Origin: Octopus vulgaris
Taxonomy: Eukaryota
NCBI GenBank assembly: GCA_951406725.2
Contig: OX597823.1
Location: 46,190,001 to 46,254,000, forward strand
DNA: 64,000 nucleotides
Reading direction: 5' to 3'
The translations under genes were made by a program, and so were the position numbers. Of this stretch, positions 13,050-24,515 are shown piece by piece. The notes beneath the pieces were generated by a model that ran no database searches, was not told the DNA's origin, and saw only the letters and a program-made list of their open reading frames with translations. Positions within the stretch are counted from its first letter, which is position 1. Every line of letters begins with the position of its first letter.

Positions 13050-14283
13050 CAGGGTGCGTAAGGTATTTGAGTCATATATTTTGGGTTCATTGCTGCATTT
13101 TTTTTTTGCTAACTCTGTATAGTCCTTGTGTCAGAAAATAGTAATGTCGGAACCTCAGCTTACTCAACAAATGAAGACGCATGCTGTTATTGTGGTTATA
13201 AAGGCTGAGATTTAGAAATATCTCGACTTTTAAACGTTGCCAGATCTTTCGTCTACAAAGTTTGTAAAGAGCTAGAGACTGAAGATGGAAACGTATCACC
13301 AGTATCAAAGCATAAAAAGCATTCTAAACTATCTAAAATCATCAGAACACCTGAATTTATCCTGCAAGTTCAACACACTATTGATTACAATCCCAGAAAG
13401 TCCATGAGGTCAATTGCAAATAATCTCCATGTGTCAGTAGGAAAAGTCAGAAATGTCCACGAAGATATCAGATACAAGTCTTATATGATGAAGAAAGATC
13501 AATTTGTAAGAAAAAGCAAAGGAAAATCACTACATCAGGTCTAAAGAGCTCTTAAACAAATGGAGAAATCCAGCAGAAGAAGATCTAATTTGGTTTTTAT
13601 TAAACGAGGAAAACCTAGACCAAGATCAAAAAGTTAACAGAAGAAACGACATATGGTTATTTGCAAATCCATCTGATATACCAAGTGTTATGCATACACA
13701 ATTTCTTGCAACTATCATGGTTTTAGGGGTTGTCAGCAATGAAGAACGTGTGATGTCTTCTTACTTCTTTCCACAACGCCTTAGAGTTAACTCTGCAAAC
13801 TACACTGAAGTCCTGGAAATAATTGTTAAGCTCTGGATAGACAGATACGGGTTTGAGTAAGACTCTGCACTATTAAACATGGCCTTAGTAATACAGGAAT
13901 GAATGAGTGAAAATGTTCATGATCTCATAACTCCTAACATTTGGCGTCCTAATTCCCCATATCTCAATACATTGGACTATTAATATGGAGCGTTGTTGAG
14001 TGAGAGGTCAATAAACACGCCCATAACACCAAAGATTCTATGAAAGCTGCCATAGTCAGAGTAATGTCCAAAATGAACCAGGACTACTTGATTCGAGCAC
14101 GTAGATAATTTAGGTCTCATATAGAAGCAGTTGTTGAAGGTGAAGGTGGATTTATTGAGTAACATTATAGATAATATTTATTGTTATCCTCATAACATTT
14201 TTTTATAAATAAAGTTATTATCTGTTATTATATATGTCTTTTTTTCACAAACAAATCTGTCCTCAAATATCTTACGCACCCTG
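13050..14283 (+). mobile_element. Full-length inactive Tc1/mariner transposon, DD37D (maT) type
   Basis: TIRs cagggtgcgtaaggtatttgag / ctcaaatatcttacgcaccctg (21/22 match), TA on the left; transposase remnants DQKVNRRND, IMVLGVVS, *DSA-...-WRPNSPYLNTLDY with 37 residues between the last two Asp; stops and frameshifts. Confidence 0.92.
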
Positions 14284-14457
14284 TCTATATGCATGAGACT
14301 ATATACATAAAACAAAATATACAAAACTACACATGCACTGACTCCAAATACTGTACATGTACACGCAACAATGTCTAAATTCTAATGAAAGAGCCTTGGA
14401 TATAGAAACCAGCTCCTTCTGTATTAGCGAGAAATCTTGAAATAAAACTGAATAATG

Positions 14458-14666
14458 CTTTCTACTACAGGTACAAGTCCTGAAATTTTGGGGGAGGAGA
14501 CCAGTCGATTATATCGACCTCACTGGTACTTAATTTATCGTCCCCGTAAGAATGAAAGGTAAAGTCGACCTCGGCGGAATTTGAACTCAGAACGTGCAGG
14601 CAGACGAAGTGCCGCAAAGCATTTCGCCCGGCGTGCTAACGATTCTGCCAGCTCACCGCCTTAACC
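14458..14666 (-). mobile_element. SINE family A, complete, with 14-bp TSD
   Basis: TSD aaaactgaataatg at 14444-14457 and 14667-14680. Confidence 0.9.
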
Positions 14667-15677
14667 AAAACTGAATAATGATATACACATATACACGCGG
14701 ACATATATACCCACACATAAATATATACTTCCACGCACAATTATATGTTCATTGTACCTATAAGTAAACAAATATATATGTATATGTATATATGTATGCA
14801 TAGCTGTATGTGTATTTCTATGTACATAATTCCTTCCAATAGGTTAATATTCACCTACGCTGCAGCCTACAACAACATACATTTCAAAAGGGGCTTCAAA
14901 AGATCTCGTATATAGAACCCACACCTGGACCATAAATACCTACATATGACAACAATAAATCGACCATTACATTGTTCAACCTTCCATCATCTTTGTAACT
15001 GCGCCTATTATCCCAAAAAGAAATTCCCCTTCTTGATTTAGAAAATATTCTCAATACAACACATGTACTACAAAATTTGAGAAAAACAGTCAAAATCTCG
15101 TACTCCACCATCTGTAACTTCGCTTTTTTTCCGTCCCTCATTTAACTACTACAAACTAAACGAAATATATTAACTCCAACAAATCTTGGAAATTCACCCA
15201 CATAAATGATTGTCTGATAAATAGTAGCTATTCTTATTATTACATATTCTTTTTTAAGGTTGCAAGGCCAGCCGGACGCGTTTCTTGTATACCGGTGGCA
15301 GAAATCCTTCTGCGTCCGATTTTTATGATATTTTATATATTTAGATTATTCTTCTAGTTTTATTTTACTCTATGTGTATAGTAGTATATGTCGCATTTAT
15401 TTATATCATATACGAGTTTTCTTACGTTCTATTCAGTGCAAGTGTACTCTCATAGCACTGCATGCCCCTGTTTTATCATCGCCTTTTGTTTATCGTATTA
15501 TTCTGCTGTATTTTATCTGTATAATGCATATATGTTGGCATTGTTTCCGCTCGCTCTCAGCTTCATTAATGAATGTGTGTACAGGCTTCTTTTTGTGTGT
15601 ATTTTTGTGATGATCGGGATGCTTATTCCCATTAAATACTTGACTATATATGTGCTGCATGGAATATCATCAGCATC

Positions 15678-15995
15678 ATGAAGGCGTGTGGATGGGTAGT
15701 TAGGTTATTCGACTCATGATCGTAAGGTAGTGAGTTCGATTCCCGACAGTGTGTTGTGTCCTTGAGCAAGACACTTTATTTCACATTGTTCTAGTTCATT
15801 CAGCTGGCAAAAATGAGTAGTACCTGTAATCTAATGGACCAGCCTTTCTACATATTGTGTCACACTAAATCTCCCTGAGAACTACATTAAGGGTACACAT
15901 GCCTGAGGAGTGCTCAGCCATTTGTATCTTAATTTCACGAGCAGGCTTTTCTGTTCAACGGATCAACTGGAACACACGTCATCATAACCACGGAG
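15678..15995 (+). mobile_element. SINE family B
   Basis: B box gagttcgattccc, gtgtccttgagcaagacactt core, shared tail. Confidence 0.8.
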
Positions 15996-16699
15996 TTTTT
16001 TTTTTTATCTTATCACCGACATCCTAGTTGAAATGAATAGTATTGCAATTATAACCATGTCTGTGAACAACACAATCATCTCAACGAGCTATCTTCATAC
16101 CTTTACTCATCGCCACCAACAACAGCACCTTCGTTGACGCCTCCACATGGCCAACATCATCTGATAAGATGTAATGTACACCTGTATATTACTTCTCATG
16201 AAATACTTATTGCATGTCTTAGCAATATATAAGTTTAGTGAAAGCAGGCTACACTGATTGGTTCCTTGAGTTACTGATCGGCATATGTCCGTTAGATAGG
16301 AGAATCACATGGACTTCATGACAGACTGATAAATTGATAAATCATTAGAGATATAGTTAGGTTGATTAGCTGATACTTTTATCAGTAGATAGAGATTCCG
16401 ATAGATCGATAAACAAATGGGTAGTTTGATTGATGATTTACAGATACCCAGTGCACATCTAGCGGCAAGCAAGTACGCTTATCCTATATATCCTGCTTAC
16501 TCGCATAAAGCATAAATATCAATGCGTTTGCATGTTTCTCTGATTGTTTACAAGCTTATTTGAATCAATGTAGCGTATGCGTGTATATATGTGTGTCCAC
16601 ATGCTTCTTCATTTGCATATATTTGTGTACAGAAGTATATTTGCGTATACGTACATTGGGTACGTCATTTTCATTTGTGCGTGTTTTGTATGTATGCGC

Positions 16700-17035
16700 A
16701 GACATGGCAGTGTGCTGACAACATGACTTACCAACCACTTGATTCCGGTTTCAGTCTCACTGCGTGGCACCTTGGGCAGATGTTTTCTACTGTAGTCTCG
16801 GGCTGACCAAAGCCTTATGATTAGAATTAGTCGACGGAAACTAAAAGAAACCCAACGTATGTGTGTGTGCGTTTTCTTATGTGCGTATGTATGCGAGCGT
16901 TTGTGTCTGTGTTCGTCCACCATCATCACTTAATGACCGGTGTTGGTGTGCTTACGTTCCCGTAAATTGGAGTTTCAGAAAAAGACACTGATTGAATAAG
17001 TACCAGGCTGAAAATCAAACAAGTATTAGGGCCAA
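16700..17035 (+). mobile_element. SINE family C
   Basis: ggtttcagtctcactgcgtggcaccttgggca..gacggaaactaaaagaaaccc..aataagtaccaggc. Confidence 0.65.
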
Positions 17036-17041
17036 ATTATA

Positions 17042-17094
<53 letters not shown>

Positions 17095-17095
<1 letters not shown>

Positions 17096-17480
17096 GAGTT
17101 CAAATTCCGCTGATGTCGACTTTGCCTGTCAACCTTTCGGATTCGATAAATTAAGTACCAGTTGAATCCTGGGGGTCAATGTAATTGACTTCATCCCACC
17201 CTCAATATTTCAGACCTTGTGCCTTTGATAGAAAGGATTATTATTATTGTTATTATTAGGTGTCTTTCGTAATTATCATTAGGCGGCGAACTGGCAGAAT
17301 CGTTAGCACGCAGGGTGAAATGTTTAGTGGAATTTCGTCTGCCACTACGTTCTGAGTTCAAATTCTGCCGAGGTCGACTTTGGCTTTCATCCTTTCAGAG
17401 TCGATAAATTAAGTACCAGCTGGGTACTGGGGTCGATGTGAACGACTCTCACCCTCCCCAGAAAATACTGGTCTTGGATT
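17095..17480 (+). mobile_element. Two SINE family A copies (partial 17095-17237, near-complete 17280-17480)
   Basis: gagttcaaattc.gc.ga.gtcgacttt..cctttc..tcgataaattaagtaccag in both. Confidence 0.8.
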
Positions 17481-17769
17481 ATTATTATTGTAGCCACATC
17501 TCTATCATCCTGCCCGCTACTTTTTTTTAAACCTTTATATGCTGTGCATTTGTACCTTCCTTTCAGTGTATACTGTGTATACTTAATTTCTTAAATTTTT
17601 TAAAACTCTTTTCATTATATATAACCCCCCCACACACACTTTATATCTGTCTTTGTATTGTCCTCCTCATCCTTAGTCCATGTAGCAAAGAAATGATATC
17701 ATCAACATCATCGTTACTTTTGTTGTTGTTGCTATTATAATTATTGTTGTTGTTGTTGTTGTTATTGCA

Positions 17770-17953
17770 TTACTGCAGATGAGCAGAGCTGCATATGTCG
17801 TCGGCGACCAAGGGAAAGCAAATCTGTGGTATTGCTCAGAATATTTGCTGTAGCTCATCTTTTATACCAAGACAAAGCAATGTACATGATAACACTTCCA
17901 ATCAGTTAAGATGAGAAGCCATGATGGCCACTGCCTGGTACAGCATCAGGGCT
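17770..17953 (-). mobile_element. Fragment of (TAA)n-associated non-coding repeat family D
   Basis: Shares gaatatttgctgtagc.catcttttataccaagacaaa with 18478-18965; flanked by microsatellites. Confidence 0.6.
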
Positions 17954-17979
17954 ATTATCATTATTATTGTTGTTGTTGC

Positions 17980-18052
<73 letters not shown>

Positions 18053-18083
18053 GTCATCGTCATCGTCGTCGTCGTCGTCGTCG

Positions 18084-18126
<43 letters not shown>

Positions 18127-18141
18127 TATTATTATTATTAA

Positions 18142-18191
<50 letters not shown>

Positions 18192-18192
18192 T
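17954..18192. repeat. Compound (CAT)n/(CGT)n/(TAT)n microsatellite
   Basis: Direct inspection. Confidence 0.95.
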
Positions 18193-18399
18193 AAATGTTA
18201 TTTAGTATGAATGTGACACTGTTGATATATATTTGCAAATGCAGGTGCAAATATCCTTGGATGATAATATATCTCCCCATGTGTTATATAGATGCAATTA
18301 TGATTAAAAGGATTCATTTATTCTATATGCCAAAATGTCATAGGGTCAAGAATAACTTGAATAAACAGTTTCTAGAAAGGCTCGTTGTTGTTGTTGCTG

Positions 18400-18476
<77 letters not shown>

Positions 18477-18477
18477 G

Positions 18478-18965
18478 AGTGAGAGAGCAGTGCATGCCAT
18501 AAAAGTGACACTGGGGTAAAATATACGAAGCCCAGTATACCCATCATGATTACCAGTCTGATAAGGTTACACTAGGCACATGCATCACATCCATATGTGC
18601 GTGACATGATGATCTCACATCAAGATAAACAGCACATGACCTTGCAGGTGGGGCCCACTTAGAATCTTCTTGTTGTCGAGTTACCCATCCCGCGCAAAAG
18701 GTCCCTCAATAAGGGTTGTTTCAGGATGTTGAACGAAACACCCATGTTTCCAGGGGTGAATTATTCAAACCCCAAAGAATCCCTCTCAACACATGTTTCT
18801 GATGTTCCCCCACTACTTCTGCTCGTGATCAGAGATGCACATATCATCAGTCACCAAGGGACATGCTCAACTGGTTATGGTCAAGCAACTGACAAGGAAA
18901 TGTGTGGTATTGAGCAGAATATTTGCTGTAGCCCATCTTTTATACCAAGACAAAACAATGTACAC
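18478..18965 (-). mobile_element. (TAA)n-associated non-coding repeat family D (possible Dong-dependent SINE)
   Basis: Bounded by (TTA)n on both sides; homologous to 31900-32058 and 17770-17953. Confidence 0.6.
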
Positions 18966-18993
<28 letters not shown>

Positions 18994-18997
<4 letters not shown>

Positions 18998-19390
18998 TTC
19001 TTTCAAATTTGCTTCCATTTCTTGCCGAGTGTCTTCCCGACTCCTAGGGCAAAGAAACTCATAGTATACATTGGTAGACCATTAAACTAAACTCAGTAGT
19101 TCGTTCATTTTTTTTTTTTTTTTTTTTTTTAAAGTTAAATTAAAATACATGAGCAGCAACAGTTCTCACATCGACAATGCTCTTCTCAATACGTGTGATG
19201 TACCAGTTAAGACAATCTTTTGCACTTCTTGCAGTGATGGTAAGCCAGGGATCATTCTCATATAATTTTCGGTTCCCTTCTTGATCATTCCTAGTGCTCC
19301 TACGATCACTGGTATTGTAACCGCCTTGAGATGCCACATTTTCTCAATTTCAATGAGTAGGTCTTTATATTTTCTGAGCTTGTCAAACTC

Positions 19391-19392
<2 letters not shown>
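18994..19392 (-). mobile_element. R4/Dong-clade non-LTR 3' end (REL endonuclease C-terminus plus 3' UTR) in (TAA)n
   Basis: KEFDKLRKYKDLLIEIEKMWHLKAVTIPVIVGALGMIKKG...VLTGTSHVLRRALSM*; (TAA)n on both sides. Confidence 0.88.
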
Positions 19393-19453
<61 letters not shown>

Positions 19454-19636
19454 GTTATTATTATTATTATTATCATTATTAAGCAGAACTGTTACAAAAT
19501 GGTAACGTTAAACGTTATTCAGTAAAATATCATTGCATTAATAAAGTATACATTAATAGAAACGTAGTTTGATTATCGAGCTTTTCTGGGCTATAAAATA
19601 TATATATTGCTCAGAGAAATTTGATAGAAAACTAAC

Positions 19637-19715
19637 CTGCAGCAAAATAAAATTGTTGGGCGGCGTAACGTCTTAGGTTGTGGTGTGAAGGCAGGTTCAT
19701 GTTCAAGGCGGAGAA
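19637..19715 (-). other. Candidate 79-nt spliced exon of an unidentified host gene
   Basis: Long polypyrimidine tract ending ttttag, donor GCAG|gttagt, unique-looking sequence open in two frames. Confidence 0.35.
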
Positions 19716-19729
19716 CTAAAAGACATTGC

Positions 19730-19764
<35 letters not shown>

Positions 19765-19996
19765 GAAGTCTATGAAGACCCTGTAAGCATTGAATTCTAG
19801 CATAAATTACAAACGTAGTAAAACGGATAAGGCGAACAATATAACGGAAATGAATAAAAGATGGGGGATAATGAGGAAAAAAATCATGAAGTTGATATAT
19901 TATGGAAAGCTTTTGTGCTTAGTAGGGGGACGTTATATTTGTTGGCACTCTTTCGTTTTTGTTCGTTTTACATTTTCTACTATTTTCTATATCTCC

Positions 19997-20033
<37 letters not shown>

Positions 20034-20262
20034 TCTGTTGTCATTATCACCATCACCTCTCACTACCACCACCACCACCACCACTTACCACCACCATTAC
20101 CACCCTCCTCCTCATTATTATTTTCGTTGTTGTTCCTACTGCTGCTGTTATTGTTGTTACTGTTATCATCATCATCATCATCATCATTATTGTCAGCAGT
20201 AGCACCATCACCAGCACCAGAAGCAGCAACAGTAGTAGTAGCATTATTATTATTATTATTAT

Positions 20263-20304
<42 letters not shown>

Positions 20305-21193
20305 CAGCAGCAGCAGTGTCATTATCATTGTCAGGAATGCAAGTCATTTAATATAGCGTGTGTGTAGCTTTAAATCTCAACGTATGTTACCAACAATAAA
20401 CATTTGAAAAGAAATATTCTTATTATTTCTCTTTGTTTCATGTTTTTTTTGTTTTGTTTTTTTTTTTCCTTTTTTGATTTTCTTCCGAGATATTCTTAAA
20501 CGTTCTCATGATTTTAACTCTGCGCACAGCTTGAATACTTATAAATAAAGCTTGCTCATAAAGAGTCACCGAAAGCTATTTTTGGGGATATGCGTGAAAT
20601 CTAGGTGACATCGATCATAAAGACATCATTATCATCATCATCACCATCATCCTCATCATCATCATCATCATCATCATTTATTTGAAGGTCTCTGTAAAAA
20701 AAAACTTACGCAATTTGTTTCCCTTCTTGTCACTAATTCACGCTTCTAAACACATACGCACACTCACAAAAACATATGTATATATACATACATTTATATA
20801 CATATATATACACTCATACACACGCACACACATACACACATACACACACATACATATGCATATTTTTACTGCTGGCAAGGCCACGATATTTCGTTTTGCA
20901 ACAGTTATATATTACCATTTGCTTACGAAATTTACCGAACTAGCTCTCAATTGTACAGACAGTCTGCAGTGATTAACTTAAAAGTGAAAACATCGCACTG
21001 CTAACACTAGGTATGATAAAGTATTGAGTTTTAAACGTTTAAGATACTTCGTATAATATTATGGCTGCAAAACGAAATACTGCAGTCTTGCCGCAATTGA
21101 ATATACGTTGCCAAGAGTGTGTTTAATATGCAAATTTTTCTGTCCAATTGTATTATACTGCAAACTCCAGTGGCTATTTAAGTAATGTTTAGA

Positions 21194-21236
21194 GTGCTGA
21201 TGAAACAGCAATAATCCATGAAATATGCATATACAC
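21194..21236 (+). ncRNA. Minimal type I hammerhead-like motif (Penelope-type), stem II decayed
   Basis: GUG-CUGAUGA-(16 nt)-GAAA-UAUGCAUA-UA-CAC; palindromic stem III AUAUGCAUAU. Confidence 0.55.
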
Positions 21237-21501
21237 CCATTACCTGCTTATTCTCACTTCGATCGCATTGTTTACGTGGAGGTATTTGTTTACGAAACGT
21301 CGTAACAGTGCTGGTTCTCTGAACTATACAGAATATCTATAGCGATAAATTTAAAAGTTGTAAGCATGTAAAGTTGTCTGTTGTCATTTATTATGCCAAT
21401 CCGTTGCGGTACCCGGTAGTTCAGTCAAATTATTCGTAGACGGCAGCCACACTTGTGTTGAAGTCGCTAAGCACCAATAGATATTCCTGATTTGTAGTTT
21501 C

Positions 21502-21837
21502 CGGCGCATGGCTCAGTGTGTAGAGCGTCGGCCTCACAATCATGAGGTAGGGTAGAGAGTTCGAATCCCTTACCGGGTTGTGCGTTGTCTTCTTGAGCAA
21601 GACACTTCATTTCCCCGTTGCTCCAGTTCACTCAGCTTTAGCAATGTGTTGCGACGTCACTGGTGCCAAGCTGTATCAGCCTTTACCTTTCCCTTGGATA
21701 CCATCAGTGGCGAGAAGAGGGCAGGCTGGTATGCATGGGTGACTGCTGATCTTCCATAAACAACCTTGCCCCGATTTGTTCCTCGTAAGGTAACTTCCCA
21801 GATGCAATCCCATGGTCATTCATGACCGAAGGGGTCT
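21502..21837 (+). mobile_element. tRNA-derived CORE-like SINE
   Basis: ggcgcatggctcagtg A box, gagttcgaatccc B box, cttgagcaagacactt core; duplicated at 26172-26484. Confidence 0.8.
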
Positions 21838-22265
21838 TAACATTTGACTCTCGTCTCCTGGATTACCCGTGAGTGTTGGCATTTGGTCGTAAAATCCTGG
21901 CTTTTGTAAATAGAGGAGGCATAGAAAATGACAAGGTTGATTCGCGTATCGGATGTATGGAGTCGAAGATAGAAAATCCACTCGAACCCTCTCTCGCTGG
22001 ACTCTGCCATCGTTAGCAATGTATTTCTTCCAGTAAATCCATCACTATACACTTTGATGTCAGCGTATCCCGTTTCTGCAAAATGTGTTTCTTATAGTGC
22101 TGTTATGTCTACTTGAAACTTTAAAGTTTCAACTAGTCAAGGCTTTTGTCGGACCGAAGCTATAGAAGAAGACACTTGCCCAAGATGCCATGCAGTGGGA
22201 CTGACCCCAAAACCATGTGGTTTGGAAGCAATTTCCATACCACACAGTTACTCCTGCGTACGCAC

Positions 22266-22313
<48 letters not shown>

Positions 22314-23095
22314 ACACACACACACAAATATATTTTAAATTTCATCTCCGAACGTTTGATTCAGCTGAATAATAAATGCCACAGCATCGATTGACTTCAA
22401 ACTCAAAATTATTTCCGGAAAATTCAAAACAAAAGTCGATTTGTATCATAAAGTTTAACAATTGAAATGCAACACACACAAAAATTTAAAAAAATAAAGA
22501 AAACTAACATAAAAATCAAAATAGTGCCACTGCTGTAGTCATGAACGATGGACTAAATGCATATTCGAATATTTTATTCCTTCACATATATTTACATATA
22601 CAGACAGACATAAACATATAGACATTCGAATATCTTTTATCTTTTACCTATTTCTGCCATTAGACAGCGGGCATGCTGGTGCACCGTCTAGAAGAATTTT
22701 AAGTTGAATGAAAATGTTATACGTTCTGCTTTGTCCAAGAGAAACTATTCTCGTAGAGACAACGTGTTGATGTCCACTTATAAAAGGGTTTTTATGGTGT
22801 CATTTGCAAGATTTCCTTTTGGCTTTGCTTTGAGAATTTCTAAAGATTTAGAGGCCTTTCAGACTCTGCTGCTCACCCCCTTCTATGCAGACTTGTATTA
22901 AACAAGCTCATTTCAAGATTTGGGGTTATCTTTCAAGGTTGTTTTTCGGTGCATCTTTCACTCCTTTGCTTGGTAAGCCAACACAGGCATTGTGAAAATA
23001 ATTTCAGCCCCAGGCAGATTGAATTCCTTGAACTTAGGAAGCAAAGTGAAGGTAATGATACATCAAAGAACATCTGCATCAAAGATTTTATCTTA

Positions 23096-23264
23096 CCCCT
23101 TTATGTTAAGACTTCTCCTTAGATAAGATATTGGAAAATGATTAAGCGTTGTGGCGCAAGACTAGTACAAACAAATACCCACACAAGCACACATACGTAT
23201 ATAATTATATACATATCGAGATATATATATATAGGTTGCGCCCATATACATATTTATCTATGTA

Positions 23265-23301
<37 letters not shown>

Positions 23302-23380
23302 ATATAAATATATATATGCATGTATGTATATATATTGTATATCTATCTATCTATCTATATATATATATATATATATATAT
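23096..23380 (+). repeat. Left outer arm of a diverged inverted repeat (partner ~24765-25047)
   Basis: cccctttatgttaagacttctccttagataag...gactagtacaaa is the reverse complement of 25047 backwards, with substitutions and microsatellite length changes. Confidence 0.85.
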
Positions 23381-23382
23381 AT

Positions 23383-23983
23383 AGCAATAATAATTCTCTA
23401 AAAGGGATATAGACAGTAACTGCTCGATAACATAAGGGACTAAAGCCATCTGAATATGGCTAGGGACAGGGCAGGGTGGTGGGGGTGTTACTGTTGCATT
23501 TAGCCCCAGGCGAACATCGACGTCACCAGAAGGGCTCGACACCGTCACGGTGCCCTAAACCTGCAAAGGGAGGTAATTCCCCGATGAAGCGGAAACCACA
23601 CACGGACCATGGTTTCAAGGTGTATTGCCTATCATCGGCGTGTGGTAGGCCTCCGCTTCCTCGACGAATTCTCTCTCTGCAGGATTTTCTTATATAGATT
23701 TTCAAGCAAAATACATTTGCTGATTTCGAAAATCTGTTCGAAAGCAATAATAATTCTCTAAAAGGGATATAGACAGTAACTGCTCGATAACATAAGGGAC
23801 TAAAGCCATCTGAATATGGCTAGGGACAGGGCAGGGTGGTGGGGGTGTTACTGTTGCATTTAGCCCCAGGCGAACATCGACGTCACCAGAAGGGCTCGAC
23901 ACCGTCACGGTGCCCTAAACCTGCAAAGGGAGGTAATTCCCCGATGAAGCGGAAACCACACACGGACCATGGTTTCAAGGTGT
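23383..23983 (-). mobile_element. 1.67 tandem copies of a 360-bp hammerhead-containing unit (PLE pLTR / retrozyme-like), left arm
   Basis: Exact 360-bp period (agcaataa at 23383 and 23743); 3' end runs into (TA)n. Confidence 0.85.
23599..23644 (-). ncRNA. Type I hammerhead ribozyme (U4C core variant)
   Basis: Reverse complement reads CACACG-CCGAUGA-U AGG CAAUACA CCU U-GAAA-CCAUGG-UC-CGUGUG. Confidence 0.75.
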
Positions 23984-24249
23984 TGTGTGGTTTCCGCTTC
24001 ATCGGGGAATTACCTCCCTTTGCAGGTTTAGGGCACCGTGACGGTGTCGAGCCCTTCTGGTGACGTCGATGTTCGCCTGGGGCTAAATGCAACAGTAACA
24101 CCCCCACCACCCTGCCCTGTCCCTAGCCATATTCAGATGGCTTTAGTCCCTTATGTTATCGAGCAGTTACTGTCTATATCCCTTTTAGAGAATTATTATT
24201 GCTTTCGAACAGATTTTCGAAATCAGCAAATGTATTTTGCTTGAAAATC

Positions 24250-24257
24250 TATATAAG
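24250..24257 (+). promoter_or_regulatory. Candidate TATA box in the 360-bp unit
   Basis: TATATAAG about 45 nt upstream of hammerhead stem I on the same strand. Confidence 0.35.
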
Positions 24258-24301
24258 AAAATCCTGCAGAGAGAGAATTCGTCGAGGAAGCGGAGGCCTA
24301 C

Positions 24302-24347
24302 CACACGCCGATGATAGGCAATACACCTTGAAACCATGGTCCGTGTG
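24302..24347 (+). ncRNA. Type I hammerhead ribozyme (U4C core variant), predicted cleavage after 24341
   Basis: Stem I cacacg/cgtgtg, core CCGATGA 24308-14, stem II agg/cct, GAAA 24330-33, palindromic ACCATGGT stem III, GUC triplet. Confidence 0.75.
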
Positions 24348-24515
24348 TGGTTTCCGCTTCATCGGGGAATTACCTCCCTTTGCAGGTTTAGGGCACCGTG
24401 ACGGTGTCGAGCCCTTCTGGTGACGTCGATGTTCGCCTGGGGCTAAATGCAACAGTAACACCCCCACCACCCTGCCCTGTCCCTAGCCATATTCAGATGG
24501 CTTTAGTCCCTTATG

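Noticed and set aside
24025-24056. Pistol ribozyme (uuagggc...gcccu)
   Set aside because: Forms a simple hairpin; the P1, UUAAA linker and remaining core are absent
24079-24173. Canonical HDV-like ribozyme
   Set aside because: Helix order is similar, but P1.1, P4 and the conserved L3 are absent; kept only as an unclassified pseudoknot
23351-24470. Repeated 65-75 aa ORFs in the 360-bp unit
   Set aside because: Non-ATG or short, present on both strands, no recognisable domain; the RNA structure explains the sequence better
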